Shown: positions 60,441 through 64,000 of the stretch, one piece after another
Layout of the letters: every line of letters begins with the position of its first letter
Numbering within the stretch: the stretch's first letter is position 1
Assembly (NCBI GenBank): GCA_951406725.2
Contig: OX597829.1
Location: 23,498,001-23,562,000 of the forward strand
Reading direction: 5' to 3'
Length of the DNA stretch: 64,000 nucleotides
DNA from: Octopus vulgaris
Taxonomy: Eukaryota
Notes under the pieces: generated by a model
What the model saw: the letters and a program-made list of their open reading frames with translations, nothing else
Databases searched by the model: none
What the model was told of the DNA's origin: nothing
Position numbers and translations under genes: made by a program

Positions 60441-61058
60441 AAAACGAAGAGACCAGCTTGAAATAATAATCAGCAGTAATAATAGCGGCTCACGTAGAAG
60501 GTAGAAGCTGCAGCGGGTAGTGGCTGCTGCTGAGGTGGATTATTATTTAGCGTGACACTCACATACACAGACACACACTCACACTCACTAATAAGGTGAT
60601 ACTCTTTATTGAAAGAGTAAAGCTAGCATTAAACACGAGGGAGACAGGCATTTAGTAATTAATAAACCATCGGTACTCGTATATGACCATACTTTTTGTA
60701 TATATCTTCTAAATTGAAAGTAATAATATAACATCGGAAGTTGACCCTCTGGTCTGATGCAAGAGTAGTTCTCAATACCTTCTGTAATCAATCGTCTAGA
60801 GTCACATAGTATATATAGGTTGCTTTTACTTTTGGTTCGAACATTAAAAAAGTACTAATAATTACTGACTTGTTAGAGGTACTGCTGATAAACTTTCTTA
60901 TATACACCATCTCTCTCTCCCTCTATATATATAGAGAGAGGGAGAGAGACAGACAGACACACGTAAATGTGTATGTATATAACTGCATATCGTCTGTACA
61001 TATATATATACACGGACATATATGTCTAGGAATGTGTGTGTATATATATATATATATA

Positions 61059-61415
61059 GGCGCAGGAGTGGCTGTGTGGTAAGTAGCTTGCTTACCAACC
61101 ACATGGTTCCGGGTTCAGTCCCACTGCGTGGCACCTTGGGCAAGTGTCTTCTACTATAGCCTCGGGCCGACCAAAGCTTTGTGAGTGGATTTGGTTGACG
61201 GAAACTGAAAGAAGCCCGTCGTATATATATATGCGTGTGTGTCTGTGTTTGTCCCCCTAGCATTGCTTGACAACCGATGCTGGTGTGTTTATGTGCCCGT
61301 TACTTAGCGGTCCGGCAAAAGAGACCGATAAAATAAGTCCCGGGGTCGAGTTGCTCGATTAAAGGCGGTGCTCCAGCATGGCCGCAGTCAAATGACTGAA
61401 ACAAGTAAAAGAGTA
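61059..61415 (+). mobile_element. Full-length tRNA-derived SINE, family A (young copy)
   Basis: A/B boxes TGGCTGTGTGG and GGTTCAGTCCC, CORE-like CCTTGGGCAAGT, internal microsatellite, (AAAGAGT) tail; many copies in the window. Confidence 0.9.
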
Positions 61416-63524
61416 ATATATATATATATATGTCATTGTTTGGCTAAAACAAAGGAAACAAAGAAGATAAATATATTTGTGCATATGTCTAAATATACAT
61501 GTAGGTGAAATATATATAATTCCAAGATGCATCTATAAGATGTTCCGAGCTACATCCTCAGTGACGTGATATTCCTGGAGATCTTAGAGGGTTTTGGTTT
61601 CGTTATCAGACGCTCTCACTGTGCAAACCTGTCAAGGTTTTCAAGTCCCAGCAAAAACAAGACTACAGGTCTACCCTCTTTATCCAAAGCCATTTAGAGG
61701 CTTTCTCTGTAGCTTCAGTGATGGAACATAAGACCCCCACCTACTCTTTGCTGCACTATTGATTCCAAGTGGGAGCTTTGCAGAGTGATCACTACAAATC
61801 CTGGCAGCCTAACTCCAGGCTTTTGTGCAGTGATCACCTTGGCTTTGGCTTCTGCTCTCCTCTGCCATCTCCTAGAGCAAGCGTTCTCTTATATGCCTCA
61901 TTTTTGGTGGGTGGGTGGGGGTGCTTTCAATATCTGAATACTGACACAGGTTGCATATTCCTTCTGTAGATTGCACATCCTCATTAGTAGAGACAGCATC
62001 TCCTTCAGTGAGGCAGAAATTGCATAGATCCAATGAAACGGTTTGTTGGAGCTTGCATCTAGCGCATACCAACCTCCCACAATTCAGGGTTGGGATTTTT
62101 TAACATAGAGGTTACACTTACATTGCTAACTTGATCGTAGACACTAGCCTGGAATGTATCCAGGTCCTCAAGGCAGTGATGATGGACCAAGAAGTGTGGT
62201 GGGTAGACTTTGTTGCTACAGTTTGTGTTGGAAGCCAGCCATAACAATAACAATAATGAGCCTCTTTCTTGTGTTCTTCCCACAGCACAGTTGATTCTTA
62301 CATGATTATTTCTTTACTAGGATCTGAGAAGGTGATTATGTCTGAGCAGAACATCATTGGCTGTCTGGGGTAGGTAGAATTATTGGTATGTCAGTGAATA
62401 CCAGCTTCGAGAAAACAATATTTTTTTTCTCTTTGGAGTGAATGCCTGCTATGATTTCTGTAACTACCTGGTCATATAACAAGTGGTAGCAAGAAGTTGG
62501 AGAATCCTGGTGAGAAAGGACCAACATGGGTCATGAGAAGAGTGAAGAGTGAGTCTAATGAAGCTAAGTGTAGGTACCAGGAGTTATACAGAGCAGAGGC
62601 CATTCTTAGCCAGGGTAGAAAATGCTGAGGGAGAACACAGTGTGCCTGTGTGTTAAATGTATTAATGACCAACTTCATACTGGCCAGATGAGGAGGTTTT
62701 GGAAGGGGATGCAGTCTAAAATGTCTGCATCTCATCTGCAGCAGCAGCACTATGCCAGATGTGTATCTCACTGTAGCTTTGTATCACCATCATCATTTTA
62801 TGTTTTCCATAGATGGATTGACGTGGACCGCATCTGGTGCCAAAGTCGGTTAGGCTTGGTTTCTACAGCTGGATGCCCTTCCTAGCACTGACCACTTTAC
62901 AGTGTGTACTGGGTGCTTCACACATGGCACCAGCGCCAGTGCTTTTTATATGAAAGTCAGTATTTCATGGAAGCTAAAGAGATAAGCTATGTTGAGGATA
63001 TGCAATAACCTGAAGAAAACATCACTAATATTGAGGCTACTATTGTAGCTAGAGTATGTGCTTCCTGAGGTGACCCTTCCATTTGCTGCCCCCAGACCCC
63101 CCAAAAAACATATATTGCCTACAGCAATAGCTTACAACAGGATGAAAAGAGCTGCCCCTACTGCTATGCTAGTGACTGAGGCCTAGCATTTGTAGGGATT
63201 TTGAGGGTTTTTGTTGTGTATTGTTCATGCCAAAAGTAAGATTACAACATTGTTTCCTTGATATGTGTTCTAATTGCATCTTTGTCATGTTGAAGGAGAC
63301 AAGATTGACTTTAATAAAGAGTAGATAAACCACAGAAGTTTCAGTAGTTATGACAAGAGTTTACCCTCTTCTTATGAGTATTCTCATATTTTTTTGATAA
63401 ACACAATCACATACAACATATGTATACACATACACTCACACACATACATACATATATATTTATATCAAAATGGAAGACAAACACGCAAAACATTTGGTGT
63501 TATTCAAGAATATTTACTTTGTAA

Positions 63525-63790
63525 TTTATATATATAAAACTGAGAATGTGCGCGTCACTAAATTTTGAGAACTGCCCAACCAGTTTCATTCAAAATTTAC
63601 ACATGCCTTACTTAGGGTCTATGCAGTGTCATGGGCCAAAAAGTTTTCAACTTCTTTCCTAATGTGAGCCCAGAGCAATTTCATACACTATTTCAGTATT
63701 ACGTTTCAAAAGTGAAACAATAACATCTCTAATGTAAAGTGAGATACTTTCAGTTTAATACTTTCACTATTAATACTGAAACTATTATCT
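63525..63790 (+). mobile_element. Possible non-autonomous Helitron 5' part
   Basis: TATATATAAAACTGAGAATGT start and CAAAATTTACACATG motif recalled from invertebrate Helitron-type repeats. Confidence 0.35.
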
Positions 63791-64000
63791 CACATGTATA
63801 CATGCATACAAAGACAAACATATATGTATATATATATATATATATATATAAATGCATGTATATACATCTGCACATATATATGTTTATATATATATATATA
63901 TATGTATATATATAGATATGTACAGATATTACGCATACATGCATATGTGTACATGTAAATGTATATATGTGTGTATATATATATGTATATATATATATAT

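Noticed and set aside
60436-60600. Divergent + strand first exon (MEKRRDQLEIII...)
   Set aside because: Short ORF, weak donors, no recognisable homology or downstream exons in the window.
61560-63350. Possible gene in the GC-richer stretch at the right end
   Set aside because: Only short broken ORFs; faint FQYL and GLGFFNI motifs suggest an ancient LINE relic, too decayed to classify.

Overview
AT-rich, repeat-dense animal genomic DNA. The SINE/LINE families and huge (TA)n microsatellites look like Octopus (coleoid cephalopod); this species assignment is inferred, not proven. Two minus-strand genes are present. (1) The 5' part of a GSTCD orthologue, with three coding exons at 7802-8164, 5343-5378 and 949-1019; it runs off the left edge. 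(2) A 3054-aa protein whose whole CDS (47482-56646) lies in one ~9.36-kb internal exon. It has three separate ~10-aa tandem repeat arrays, four AT-hooks, acidic tracts, TQT-like motifs and eight C-terminal C2H2 zinc fingers. It has a CpG-rich promoter/first exon near 60.2-60.45 kb, a splice donor 3 nt after the stop codon, and a probable 3'UTR exon carrying a decayed sense-strand copy of the 5' end of 18S rRNA. The rest is layered mobile DNA: tRNA-derived SINEs with swapped tails, RTE-clade LINEs with a PHD finger inside the RT domain, Penelope-like elements with hammerhead-ribozyme motifs, maT (DD37D), pogo-like, piggyBac, hAT and Helentron-type elements, and microsatellites. Most short ORFs in the track are microsatellite or antisense artefacts. 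All homology calls are from recall of family consensus sequences; no searches were run, and repeat boundaries are approximate unless a TIR/TSD is quoted.
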